From positions 226,408-290,407 of the forward strand of contig CDMY01000708.1 in NCBI GenBank assembly GCA_001179505.1: a stretch of 64,000 nt of DNA, given 5' to 3'. Shown piece after piece: positions 50,200-61,700 of this stretch. A program made the position numbers and the translations under genes. The notes below the pieces were generated by a model. It ran no database searches and was not told the DNA's origin. It worked only from the letters and a program-made list of their open reading frames with translations. Source of the stretch: Vitrella brassicaformis CCMP3155. Taxonomy: Eukaryota; Protista; Chromerida. Positions within the stretch are counted from its first letter, which is position 1, and every line of letters starts with the position of its first letter.

Positions 50200-51527
50200 T
50201 CACAGCATAGTAAGAGCAACGAGGCTGCATCGATGAAGCGGCACGTGCATGCCAAACCGAAGCGCGACGCTCCCTCGCAAAGCCCCTCCATCTGCCAGCG
50301 ACGCTGGAGACACGTCATGGACACCAATCACCACAAACTGCAGACGATGACACACGGGAAACCCCTCAGCGGACGGAGGGGGCGGGGCTTCCTCCCCTGA
50401 GGCCTCTTGAGGCTCCTTCGCCTCTGTGGGCTCTTCAGCAGCTGTCTCATCAGCCTTGTTCTCGCCCTCTCTGTCCGCCACTGCATTCCCAAACTGCTCA
50501 CTCAGACCCCGTCCATGGAATTTGTTGGGGTCAAAGAGCTCACACGGGAGGCCGCCAGCCTCGCCCCAGAATTCCTTCACGCTCCATTCAGCAGGGAGGG
50601 GCTCTGAGGGGTCGTACGCGTCAAAGACAATTGCGAGAGGTCTCGCCTCCTCGAGAGCTGCCGTGATGCTTTTGCGGAAGAGCCCCTTCCAGTCGTGAAG
50701 CCGGGCCTTCATCTTCGCCGCATACTTCATGTGCACTGGCAGCGGCTCTTCGCCTGTCGCCTCATGGAGGGCCGTGAGCGCCGCGTCAGTGTCAGAGGAG
50801 ATGACGAACGGGATCTGGTTGGCCTGGTAGCTCCCCATCAAGGAGTCTAGCAGTTCATTGGGGCCGCTGGCGACAGAGACGGGCAAGAGAGCGTCAGGTG
50901 TCAGGCGGGCGCCCAGATGCATCATGCCCCTCTTCTCGGCCTCGTGCTCGGCTTTCAGGAAGTTGCGCCATTTGCCCTTGTGGTCCTTCATCCAGTTCTG
51001 ATAGAAGACTCCTGTGTGGAGGTCGCCGCTGCTCTCGACCATCTTGCCGTGGCCGTGCATCTTGCCGTCCTTCCACATGCCCTCGTAAGTCGACTGCCCG
51101 TTGGGCCACCTGAAAACCCCCAGGCCATCGATTCTGTCCGCGGCAAACTCGCCCTCATACCTGACCAACCAAAACACCACACAAGGACACACACACGGTG
51201 CGAAGTGCGATCTCTTCCTGCATGAACCACGTGCGTGCCGCCTCACCGTGAGCCATCCACGAAGTGCATGACGCCATTCCCCTGCATCGTGTCTTCGAAG
51301 AACTGGCCCTCGTAGCGACTGATGACGACCGGTTCTTGGCCATCCTTTGGCTGACCCACCTGCAGCAGCACGCCGCTCCCATGCTTGATAACCTTGCCGT
51401 CCACCAACTTGGACTCCCCCTCGAACACAGCACCTCCCTCTCGTACTACGCGTATGGCGATTTCTGGCGGTGGGGGCTCTTCTTCTTGTGGAGGGGCCTC
51501 CTCCAAGACCTCCTTCTTCGGGCCCAT
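50200..51527 (-). CDS. MORN-repeat protein with C-terminal alpha/beta domain, 2 exons
   Basis: 'RYEGQFFEDTMQGNGVMHFVDGSR|YEGEFAADRIDGLGVFRWPNGQSTYEGMWKDGKMHGHGKM' are canonical MORN repeats. Confidence 0.85.
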
Positions 51528-51776
51528 CCTGAAGTTTAGGACATCGGCGACCCAGAAGAGTTGGGGCAAGGATTTGGGTTACACGAACGGAATTGCGAGC
51601 TTTCTCCTTTCCGAGAGGGTGTCATGTGCCTGTGACGTCGCCATTGCCGCATTACCAGAGCTGACCGCGTGTTTCGCGTCGCTGAGAAGACTCCCTCTTG
51701 GTGTTGTGCCTCGTGAGTTCGTCTGTCAGTAGCCACGGTGTCGTCGACGGAGACCTTTGTCCACCCTGGCGTCCGC

Positions 51777-52561
51777 ATGGGGGCCCATTGCTCCAAGAAA
51801 GACGGCAACGAGGAACTGGTACACCATAGAGCCTGCATAGAGTACTCGCGAGTGGTAAGGACGGCACGGGTGGGAGGGAGGGAGGGGTGAGGGATACGAT
51901 GCAGGCGGTAGGAGAGGGTGGTCACCATGGCCTGGCTTGGCTTGGCTTGGCTGTGCGTGTTGCGTGTTGTGTTGTGTTGTGTTGTGCAGCACCACCGACC
52001 GATTCAGGATGACTACGCGTTTTGTGACAAGGTGCTGGGCACGGGATTCTCAGGTACGTGCCGCACGCACACTGCCACACACTGCCGCACACACACAATG
52101 GGCGCGGCGCGCACTCGCGCTTTCTCATTTGGGCCTCCATGTCTGTCTATGTGGTTGGATTGTGTGTGTAGGTCCCGTTCGCCTGGCTGTCAATCGCACG
52201 ACCAACAAGCGCTACGCTGTCAAGCCCTTCAACAAGAAGGCCGCCAACAAGGAAAGGGTCAGCAAGCGTGCCTGCCTGCACGTGACACGGTCTGTGCCCA
52301 CCGCTGCCCGTGTTGCGTTCGTGTCTCTGTGAATAGATTGACTTGTTGAAGAACGAGGCCGAGATCTATTTGCACCTGGACCACCCCAACATAGCCCGCC
52401 TGATCGACATCTATGAGGACAGCAAAAACGTGTGGATGGTCATGGAATACTGCTCGGGTACGTTGCGCTGACGGACACAGCAAACAGCCACAGCCACAGC
52501 CACACACTGTGGAGGTCTGCCGTGTCGCAAGACAAGACGTCCATCGGTTCCTCCCTCCCTC

Positions 52562-52604
<43 letters not shown>

Positions 52605-55600
52605 GGAAGGAGCTGTACCAGCGGTTGAACGAGAAGCACGTGTACAAGGAGCAGGACGCCGCCGAGGTCACCTTCCAGATGCTGGAGGCCGTCCACTACC
52701 TACACGCACACAACGTTGTCCACAGGTGCGTGGCGTACATTGCATCCACAATCACATCACGGACATGGCATGGCCCCATCCCATCCATGTGTGTCTGTCT
52801 GTCTGTCTGTGTGTCTGTCTGTCGGTGTGTGGTGATGGTGACTGACGATCCATCAGAGATTTGAAGTTGGAGAATTGGTTGTATGAGGACCCTTCGGAGC
52901 ACGCGAGGCTCAAGCTCATCGACTTCGGCTTCTCCAAGATATGGAACCCCAGGAACTCCAAAAAGATGCACGCAACCTGCGGGTCGCTCGCCTACGTCAG
53001 CCCTGGTCAGTGAGGGAAAGGATGGATGATGACGGGTCGATTCGATTGGCACTCAGGCACTGCACTTAGTGGCCTGGCCCTGTGTCTGGTGTGATTGTGT
53101 CGATCAGATACGTTGTCCGGTTCCTACACCAATGCGTGCGACATGTGGTCGCTGGGGGTCATCGGTCAGTCAACGACACACGCCCATCCCATCCATCCAT
53201 CAGATCAGACCAACACTACAGACAAGTGAAAGTGCATTCATTGTTGCGTGTCGTGTCGTGTCGTGTCGTGTTGTCTTGACGCATCGCATCCATCCATCAG
53301 TGTACATGTTGCTGGTGGGTTACCCGCCCTTCTACGGCACGGAGGCCCAGATCCTCGACAGAATAGCCAAGGCACAGTACTCCATGTCGGGATCAAGGTG
53401 CGCTCCACTCCACACACAGAACACTTGAATCGATCATCCGTCGGTCTCCGTGTGTTGGGTGATGTGGTGTGATGTTGGTCCATTAACTCAATTAGGTGGG
53501 AGCGCGTGTCGCCTCAGGCGAAGAACTTCGTCAGCCGTCTGCTCCAGAGGAACCCACAGTGAGTCGAGTGCATCAGTGAAGGGAAGGAAGTAGAGCATGT
53601 CATCGTTCCCTGCCTGTCCTGTGGGTGATGGACTGTGTGTGATGTGTGTCAGGAAGCGCATGTCTGCCAAGGAGGCTCTCGAACACGTAGGCGGGCGGGA
53701 GGGAGGGCAGCGCGCCGGTATGTCGGCATGCATGTCTTCGTTCCCCTCCGGTGCGTGTGTATGTGTGCAGCCGTGGATCACGCATCGCGTGCGTCTGCCC
53801 GAGGTGCACATGGACAGAAACGTCCTCAAGAGGTCTGTAGCTCACTGGCCAAGACACTCAGCCACACACACGGGGGGTGGAGCACAGCACGTGTGGATGT
53901 ATGTGTGTATATGTATTGTGTCGATCGGATCGATCAGCATGAAGTCGTTTGCCGTGGCGACTCATCTGAAGCGGGCCGCTCTCACCATGATGGCCTACTG
54001 CCTCACGTCGGCGGAGATTCACGGTATGTCAGTCGGTGGAATGGAACAACAGACACACACCCCACCGTCAGTCCAGTCACCACACAAAGCTCCGCTCCTT
54101 GTCCATGTGATTGATTGATGCCCCTGTGCTGTGTGTGTCGGTTGTTCAGAGTTGACTGACATGTTTTTGCAGTTCGACAAGAGCCAGGCAGGTTCGATAA
54201 CGCTGCGTGACTTCATGGACGTCATGACATCCAACTTCGACCTCTCCAGCGAAGAGGTGCGGCACACGCCACACACACACACACACACTCAGAGAGACGG
54301 CAACATGTGTCTGCTCTGGTGTGGTGTGCAGATAGAGAAGTTGTTTCATTCGCTGGAGACGCAGCACGATAAGGTCAACGACGGCGACGCCGAACACCCA
54401 CACGAAGTCTGCTATAGCGGTACGGATGCATCAGTCCCATCTACAACACACACAGAGCCACATAGACAGACAGACATGTGTGTGTTGTGTGTTGTGTGTT
54501 GTCGATGGGTTCAGATTTCATCGCAGCGATGCTTCAGCAGCGCGTCAAGCTCCACGAGGACCTCATCCGCGAGGCCTTCCACAGATTCGATACCGACCAG
54601 TCTGGTAAACTAAACGAGACCACCAACCGCCCCCTGCCTGCAGGCACACACGCACCGCACGCGTGACGTCTCTTTATTCATTGTGTGTCAGGTTACATTA
54701 CGTCCGACAACTTGCGTGAGGTGCTGGGTCTCTCATACGAGGGCGAGGAGATCGAGGCCATCATCCGAGTGGCTGACAAAGACGGAGACGGACAAATCGG
54801 TACGTAACACGCACGCGCACCTGCAAGCAAGCCGCCCACCGACGACTCGTATGGGTGGTTGCTTGGTTGGTTGGCTGTATGTGTGCATTGCATTGCATTG
54901 GATGCCATGCAGACTATGAGGAGTTCCTGGCTGCGGTGGTTCACGAGCCTGACCTCTTCTCCGAGGCGGGAGATGAGAGCCCAGCAAAAAGCGTAAGCCA
55001 CGCCCTCACCATACCCCACCCACACGAGCGTCCAATCCGACCCCACTCATGTCTGTATGTTTGATCCCATCTGGTCGATCAGTTGCGCGGGTCTGTGGAT
55101 GACGCGAAGAAGCTCAAGACTCTGGTGAACCTGGTGGACGTGCAGGTGGCCCAGGTGCCCGGCGACACGAGGCTGCAGAACCTCGCCGCCATGCTGAGGT
55201 TAGCACAGCACGACCAGACAGTCGACAAGAGCAGGCCAGTCAGAGCTAGGACCCAGCCGCTTCCCGCTTTGCATGGGAGCAGTAGTAGCGATAAGTCTGG
55301 CAGTGCTGGTGGTGGTGGTGGCTTGGGGGGGAGAAGGGGGGAGGGGGATAGTCAGAGGAGGGTGTCGTCGCTCGGCGAGGGGTACGTCTGCTTCCCTCCT
55401 CCTCCTGAGAGAGAGATCGAGCCAAAGTTTCAGAAGTTTAAAGATGAGAGTGCTGACGACGACAGCAACTCCGAGTGACAGACAGACAGACAGGCAGACA
55501 GCGTCTTTCTCGTGAGTGATTTTGGTTTTGGTTGTACCCTCCCTAGCAAGGCAGGGACGAGGACGTGTGTGTTTGTGGTCCGATCCGTCAATGCGACGAT

Positions 55601-56460
55601 GCATTGCACTTCATGGACACACACATACATGCGTGTGTGCATGTCGGAACGAACACGTCTCTTGACCACCCTCTCCCCGGGGCTCTGGCTGGCTGGGGGT
55701 GTCACCTCTCCTCGCTCTCTCCTTTCCCTGTCTCACGCTTCGCATCTTGTCCACGCACACACTCTTTCTCCATCCATCCATCCATCCCGCTCGGTGAGTC
55801 CGTCGTGTTGTCACTCACCAACGGGATGTGATAGGATGAGATAGGCCTGCCTGCCTGCTTTTAGCTATGCCTGCTCTGTTGCCTGCCTGCCTCACTGCCT
55901 GTGTTTTTGCCCCAATTGGCCATCCCCTTCTCTCTCCCTCTGCTGCCGTGTGTGTGTGTCTGTTGTGTCTCAGGAACTCCACCCGCTCATCTCCCGAGAT
56001 CCTCAAGCGGCCCCTCAACCGCCGCACATCCTACTCGGCGCGCGAGCTGCCCTTCCCCCTGGCCATCATGGCCAACCGGAGCCGCAACGCCCTCAACAGC
56101 GTCCGGTCGCCGTCCACCACGGCCAGCTCCAAGGACAACAAGGCGGCCGAGAAGGACACCACCCCCCTCACCAAGGCGGCACGCACCCCTCTCACCTCGA
56201 CCCTGGCGCCCTTCCCCGAGCACCCCCCCGTCGGCCCATCGCGCGGCACATCTCAGACGACGGACCGCACCCACCATGTCGGCGGCAGCAACGGGTCGGC
56301 GAGCGGATCGGAGAAGTCCTTTGAGTGCTCGGCTTCGGCTTCGGCCACTGCTGCCGCCAATGGTGGTGGTTGCGGGAGTGGTGCAAAGGAGCGGTGTTAC
56401 GATGACATGGTGCACAGCTATGTGGAGAAGTACGAGGAGCAGCAGCGGCTGAAGAGTTGA
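51777..56460 (+). CDS. CDPK: Calcium-dependent protein kinase (CDPK) with N-acylation motif, four EF-hand positions and long C-terminal extension; many exons
   Basis: MGAHCSK start; 'LGTGFSG|PV', 'YAVK', 'HR|DLKLENW', 'LIDFGFSK', 'CGSLAYVSP', 'DMWSLGVI'; junction 'LKRAALTMMAY'; EF loops DKSQAGSI, DTDQSG|YI, DKDGDGQI|DYEEF. Confidence 0.93.
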
Positions 56461-59377
56461 CGGCTGGCTGACACAAGACTTGATGATACAGTGTTGTGTC
56501 GTTCTAGTAGTAGTGGGGCAGGGGGGAGGGGAGGGGGTGGGGCAGTGAGGGCGGGCGGGCTACTCTTGTTGTCTATATGTCCGTGTGTATGCCTATGCCT
56601 ATGTGGGCGTGGTGGATGGTTTTGGAGGGGTGCCTGACGGACGGCTGACTGGTGGGCGGGCCGGGCCTAGGGCTGCCTGCCTTCCTCCGTGCATGTGTGT
56701 GTGTGTGTAAGGTGTGTGGATTCACTCATCCATTCACGCCCTATCCATCGTAGGCTCTACGCCGCCTGTCTGCCTTCGCGTGGGCGGTGATGGGGGCGGT
56801 GGTGATATGGCGCTGCTGCCATCTCTCCCTCCCTGTCGACCTGTCACGTGATGATGATGCCTGCTGTTCGGAATTGACGGGTCGCTCATGCACCGGCTGA
56901 CTCCAGTCCCCACTCGCTTATTGCGGCAGACACGCGTCACTCTTTTTTCTTCGTTTGTTTGTGAAGCCTTTCCTTCATTCATGTGCCTCCCTCCCTCCGT
57001 CTGTGTGCGTGCGGTGCGGTGTGTGTCTGACGGTCTACTGACCAAGCCGTGCATCGCGGGGGCGGGTTGGGGGCGGGGGTGGGTGAGATGAGGGGGGGAC
57101 TAGCTAACGCTCCTCGCATACATCCAATGCGTGTGGTGTGCGTGAGTGTGGTGCACGTGTGTTGTGTGGGCCTTTTAACCGAAGTTTCTTGCTGTCTGCC
57201 TGCCTGACTGACTGACTCACTCACTCACTGCCAGACATATCCGCCGTTGAGTTGTCAAGACGACATCGACATCATGATGCCCTTCCTCTCTGTCTGTCTG
57301 TCGGTCCGCGTCTGAATGCCTTTTTATTTTTCCCGTCACCCGCCACCGCTTTGCCGTGGCCGGGGGATTTTTCGGTTTCCACTTCACTGACTGACTCGCA
57401 TACACACATACGTACGATCTTCCAATTGGGCCAGCCGACCAGTCAGCTGAACGATGGACGGATGGAGTGGAATACTTGATGGGGTGTGCCGTGACCCCAT
57501 CAAGTAGTCTTCTCCATCCATCCATCGCCCAGCTGAGTGCGCGACCACTTTTTGCTGTTTGCGTGAGTTCGTTTTGCCTGGCCGCCAGCATTCATTGGAG
57601 TGTTTGAGAGTGGGTGAGAGTGTTGTGGATGGAGGGAGGGAGAGAGGTACCAAGGGAGCCCTGCCCGTCCAAGATGGGCCGACCATGAACACCTGCATCC
57701 GTGTCCGTGCTGTGCAGTTGTCAACGCGCCTGTCTCTCCGTCTGTCCGTCTGCTTGATCCACATGACCGACAGAGACAGCCGACCGACCGACCGACTGAT
57801 TTGATTGGTTTGCATGCTGGCGGTTGATGGACTGACTGGTGGAGTCACGGCGCTGAAGGATGGAACAGAGAGCGTTATGGCTACGCAGACTTGCAGACAG
57901 GCACACAGGGAGGGAGGGAGGGAGGGAGACAAGTTTGTTGTCACTGGCCCTGGGTGCACTCACACACATGCACACACTGCGGCTGAGCCGGCAGCTAGAC
58001 ACGCAGGCAGGCACATGACCGACACACACACACACAGCCACGTCACGCGCGCCCGTCGATACGATACGAGGCGAGATGATTTTTCTCACCCATGGGAGCT
58101 TGCCTGGCTTTGTGCTGCCCCTCTGCACACACTTCGTGTGACGCATCCATCATGGCGACTGACTGTTATGTCTGGCTATCGACTCGCTATACGAGACATG
58201 TGCTGGGGCTCCCCTTGTCTGGCCGGTGCTGCACGGCGTTCGGGTGGCCATGCCAATGGCCCACCAGATTCGACGTGGGGGACCGGCACGAAGAGAGAAG
58301 CACAGCACGTGTCGACGTGTAGGTGTACCGTTTCTTGCGATACGCGAGCATGCGTGTGACGTGTGTGTGTCTGTGTGTGACGTCTGTGATGGCTGTGGAT
58401 GGCTTATTGAACAGCGGAGTGGGTGGCCACCGTCCGTCGCTGCTGCATCGTCCGTCACTGATGACGTACGTCCTCGAGAGAGTGACCGCTTTTTTGGACT
58501 TCATCCATTGCGATGCGCCCACATGATCGTGTCGTGACTGACTGTTGGTGGATCGATGATTGACTGTCGGTGTCCATTCGCACTCACACACCACAGGGGG
58601 TGGGGTGGCTCCCATGCCAAGCCATCCATGCCATCCCATTGCACCACGAGGGAGGGCTTATTTCCCCTCCCTGCTGTGCTGTGCCCTCGGTGCGGAGGGC
58701 GATCCGGGGGGGGGGACCTTTTGTTTTTTTGTGTTGTGTGAAAGGCGGGCGGGGAGGGGAGGGGAGAGGCGCCATGTGTGTGAACTACTGCACGTGTGAT
58801 ATGATGCGCGTGTGTGCCTGCTTGTTTGCTTGCTGTGCTTCATTCAATGCAACATTGATACCGACGACTTGCTTCCTACCTACTTTACACTTCACAGTGC
58901 TGCGTTCGCGCGTCGACAGACAGATGGAGGGAGGGGCGAGGGGACGGCAGGGCTGCACTGACTGACTGGGGCTGGGCTACCTACCGGCCAGCAGGGCAGC
59001 AGACAAGGGAGGGAATTTGCTGACAGGCGCGGCGGCACGCATCATCTGAGAACAGGGAGTGAGTGAGTGATCCATCTTTGTGTGTGGAAAGATACTTCGT
59101 AAGGAATGACTGCGTGTCTGTCGGTATGCGTGAGCAGATGGATGTCCCGGACGTGTCTGTGGAGTGGATGTGTCTGAGGATGTTGGTTGGTACTTACGTG
59201 GATGTCAGTCAATTGAAACTTTGTCGATGTCAGTCGCTTGACAGTTAAGCTATCCCCTCACACACACATACGACAGTCTGTACACCATACGTGCATCAAG
59301 CGTCATCCATCGTACAAAGCTCTTCAGCACCCATCCACCCACCCATCCATCCATCCATCCCACATCCATCCATCTAT

Positions 59378-60136
59378 CTATCTGTCGGTCCACACACTGC
59401 TCATGGGTGGCCGCACCCCCGCCTGCCTTGTTTTCGCCTGCTCCTCCGCCCTCACTTGCTGCAGCCTCAGCTTGTGCTGCCGCAACCTCTCGGCCTGCAC
59501 AGCTTCCTTGGCCTCTTTCTCCTGCTTCCGCTTCTCCGCTTTCAGCTTGTTCTTCCGCTGACGCTCTGTAAGGCCGGATGACTCGCCCCTACCCCTCCCT
59601 CTACCGGGCGCTGTTTCCCACTCTGCCTCTTCCGCGGCCCTCAGGCGGCCCCCCAGCCGCCTCATCTGCTCGAGTGGCGTCTCGTCATCGGGTATGTAGT
59701 AGGGATTGCGTGTTGAAGCAGCGGCAGTCAGCTCATCGTTGTCTGAAACCGACTCATGGCCGTGGTCATCCGCATCTCCGTCGTCTTGCTCTGCTCCAGC
59801 GTCTTGCGGCAGGCGTCCTGGGTGAGCTGCTGCAGCAGCTGCATCTGCAGGAGCGGCGGCCGCTGGTACTGTGCTGTTCTCGTGATGTTGCCCATCAGCA
59901 GGATGACCCGTGGCGTCCGGCGGAGCGACGTTCTTGGTCCTTGCTGCTCTCTTGGTCTTCTTCTTGGCCTTGCGGCCTTGTTCACCGAACTCCTTCAAGA
60001 TCTCCTCATCCGTCAGCTGCTGCGGCGCATGTTGCTCGCCGAACAGGGTTGTGGCCAACCGGCTCAGCAAGTGACGGTATCGGTAGCACAGATAAGACAG
60101 CACAGTCACCAACACAAGAAGCCAAGAAACAGACAT
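59378..60136 (-). CDS. Single-exon hypothetical protein: N-terminal TM anchor, low-complexity linker, basic C-terminal coiled coil
   Basis: 'MSVSWLLVLVTVLSYLCYRY', Lys-rich patch, acidic linker, 'LTERQRKNKLKAEKRKQEKEAKEAVQAERLRQHK'. Confidence 0.7.
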   Translation of the reverse strand: MSVSWLLVLVTVLSYLCYRYRHLLSRLATTLFGEQHAPQQLTDEEILKEFGEQGRKAKKKTKRAARTKNVAPPDATGHPADGQHHENSTVPAAAAPADAAAAAAHPGRLPQDAGAEQDDGDADDHGHESVSDNDELTAAASTRNPYYIPDDETPLEQMRRLGGRLRAAEEAEWETAPGRGRGRGESSGLTERQRKNKLKAEKRKQEKEAKEAVQAERLRQHKLRLQQVRAEEQAKTRQAGVRPPMSSVWTDR

Positions 60137-60643
60137 TCGCTCCGCTTTGGGTTTAGGGCTAGACGAGAAACAGAAGCTCGCATCTCGACGGTCGACCCTC
60201 TCCTGCGAACCACACGTTCTCAAGCAACAACAGCACCACCGACTCGTGGCCTCACAGACAGAGATCATGATTCTTGGTTTTGCTGACCCATTTTCGCTCA
60301 TCAACGCCGGCCTCGTGGTGGGGGGAGAGAGGGAGAAAGGACCAGGGAAGGGGTAGAATGTGGGTATGTGGGTCGTCTTGTGTGCAGGTGTACTGCGTTT
60401 TGGGGATAGTGCACTTCTTTTGCTCCTTCATCCATCGCTGCATCGTGCTCGTCGCCACTGGCCAGTGGGAAGTTCACCTTCGTCGGCCTACCCGGGAGAG
60501 ATCGATTTAATTGCTGTGTGTTACATCGGTATATACAAAAAATGCACTGAAAGCGACACACCAGATTCTCCTTCGCTTCTCCTCCCGTCTCCTATCCCCT
60601 TCAGTTGCTGGCTGTCGTCACTTCCCCGTATATCAGCCGCCAC

Positions 60644-61700
60644 AATGCTGCTCACATTCCAGGCCGTGCTCACCGGGTGCTGCCTCTTCTTCATCGTCTT
60701 GAATTACACCTTCATCTTCCTCTGGATGATGACGGTGACTGCTTGTGGCCAAGACCCACGGAGAGACGACTTGTCCATTGATCTCTGGGGTATTTGAAGC
60801 TCCAAGCCACCTGCCTCCCCGCTCGTCCCACTTCCCCCATATCCCCCATCTATAGTCGTCTATCGCGCCCTGCTGCAGCACACACAAAAGACTTGCTCGA
60901 GGATCTCATCAACGTTGCTCTCATGGTGTACCTCATCCACCGCATGATCGACTACGTCCTGTCGGTGATCGACGTGTCCGTTGTGATGTTTGAGAGTGAG
61001 AGGTGGCGCTACAGCCCCTTCTACAGTGCTGCTCACTGACTTGCTTCCGGTTACGCTCCCGTCGCACCTGCTGGCCCTCTGTCGAGAGTTGGCCTTCGCC
61101 CCTTCTACGGACCATGGTTTTTCCGCCGGATGGATTTCTTTTCGGGCTTGCGGTAGCCTTCAACATCGTGGGCTGGGCCTCAATCGTTGCCTGGTTCTTC
61201 AGCATCTTCGCCTGGCCCCCCGTCAACGACCCGTCAAGACGAGGGCTGGAAAGAGATCGGAGTATCTTTGGCGTTTTGTGAAGCTCAGCCCACCAAACCG
61301 ACGTAACCACGTACGCTCGTTAATAAGGTCGCACCAGATGGGAAGTCCCGTTCTGTTGTGCTGTGTTCAGAAACCTGTCTCCCCTGTCCTCCCCTCCCGC
61401 GTCCGCTCCCCGCCCCTCCGCGCCCCGGCTCGATCGCCGACACGGATCATGGTTGTTGGTTTATTGGCCCACCTTCTATCATCAAGATTTTCGTGGTCGT
61501 GTACGCCATCCTGGGCTACATCGACTCCACCGGGGCATTCTTGAACCGCTCTCCATGCTGACTGTGAGTGGCGTGTGGGACTTCAGCCCCGCCTTTCAGT
61601 GGTTTTCCTTGGCTTGCTGTCGGACAAGAAATGCACTACAACCTCGTCGCTTATGTCTCAGCCGCCGTCTGGATCTTCAGCAGTCGTGAACACGAGCTCA
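60644..61700 (+). other. Fragmented hydrophobic ORFs: possible multi-pass membrane protein gene or pseudogene
   Basis: Several TM-like segments in different frames. One plausible intron (GTATTT..CTGCAG, about 60789-60878); the other joins are unresolved. Confidence 0.3.

Noticed and set aside
49776-50230. Short minus-strand ORFs downstream of the MORN gene
   Set aside because: No recognisable motif or convincing splice chain; probably UTR.
56500-59370. Many short ORFs in the CDPK 3' intergenic region
   Set aside because: Dominated by microsatellite translations (TDRQ, VCVC, THTH) with no coherent exon chain or motif.
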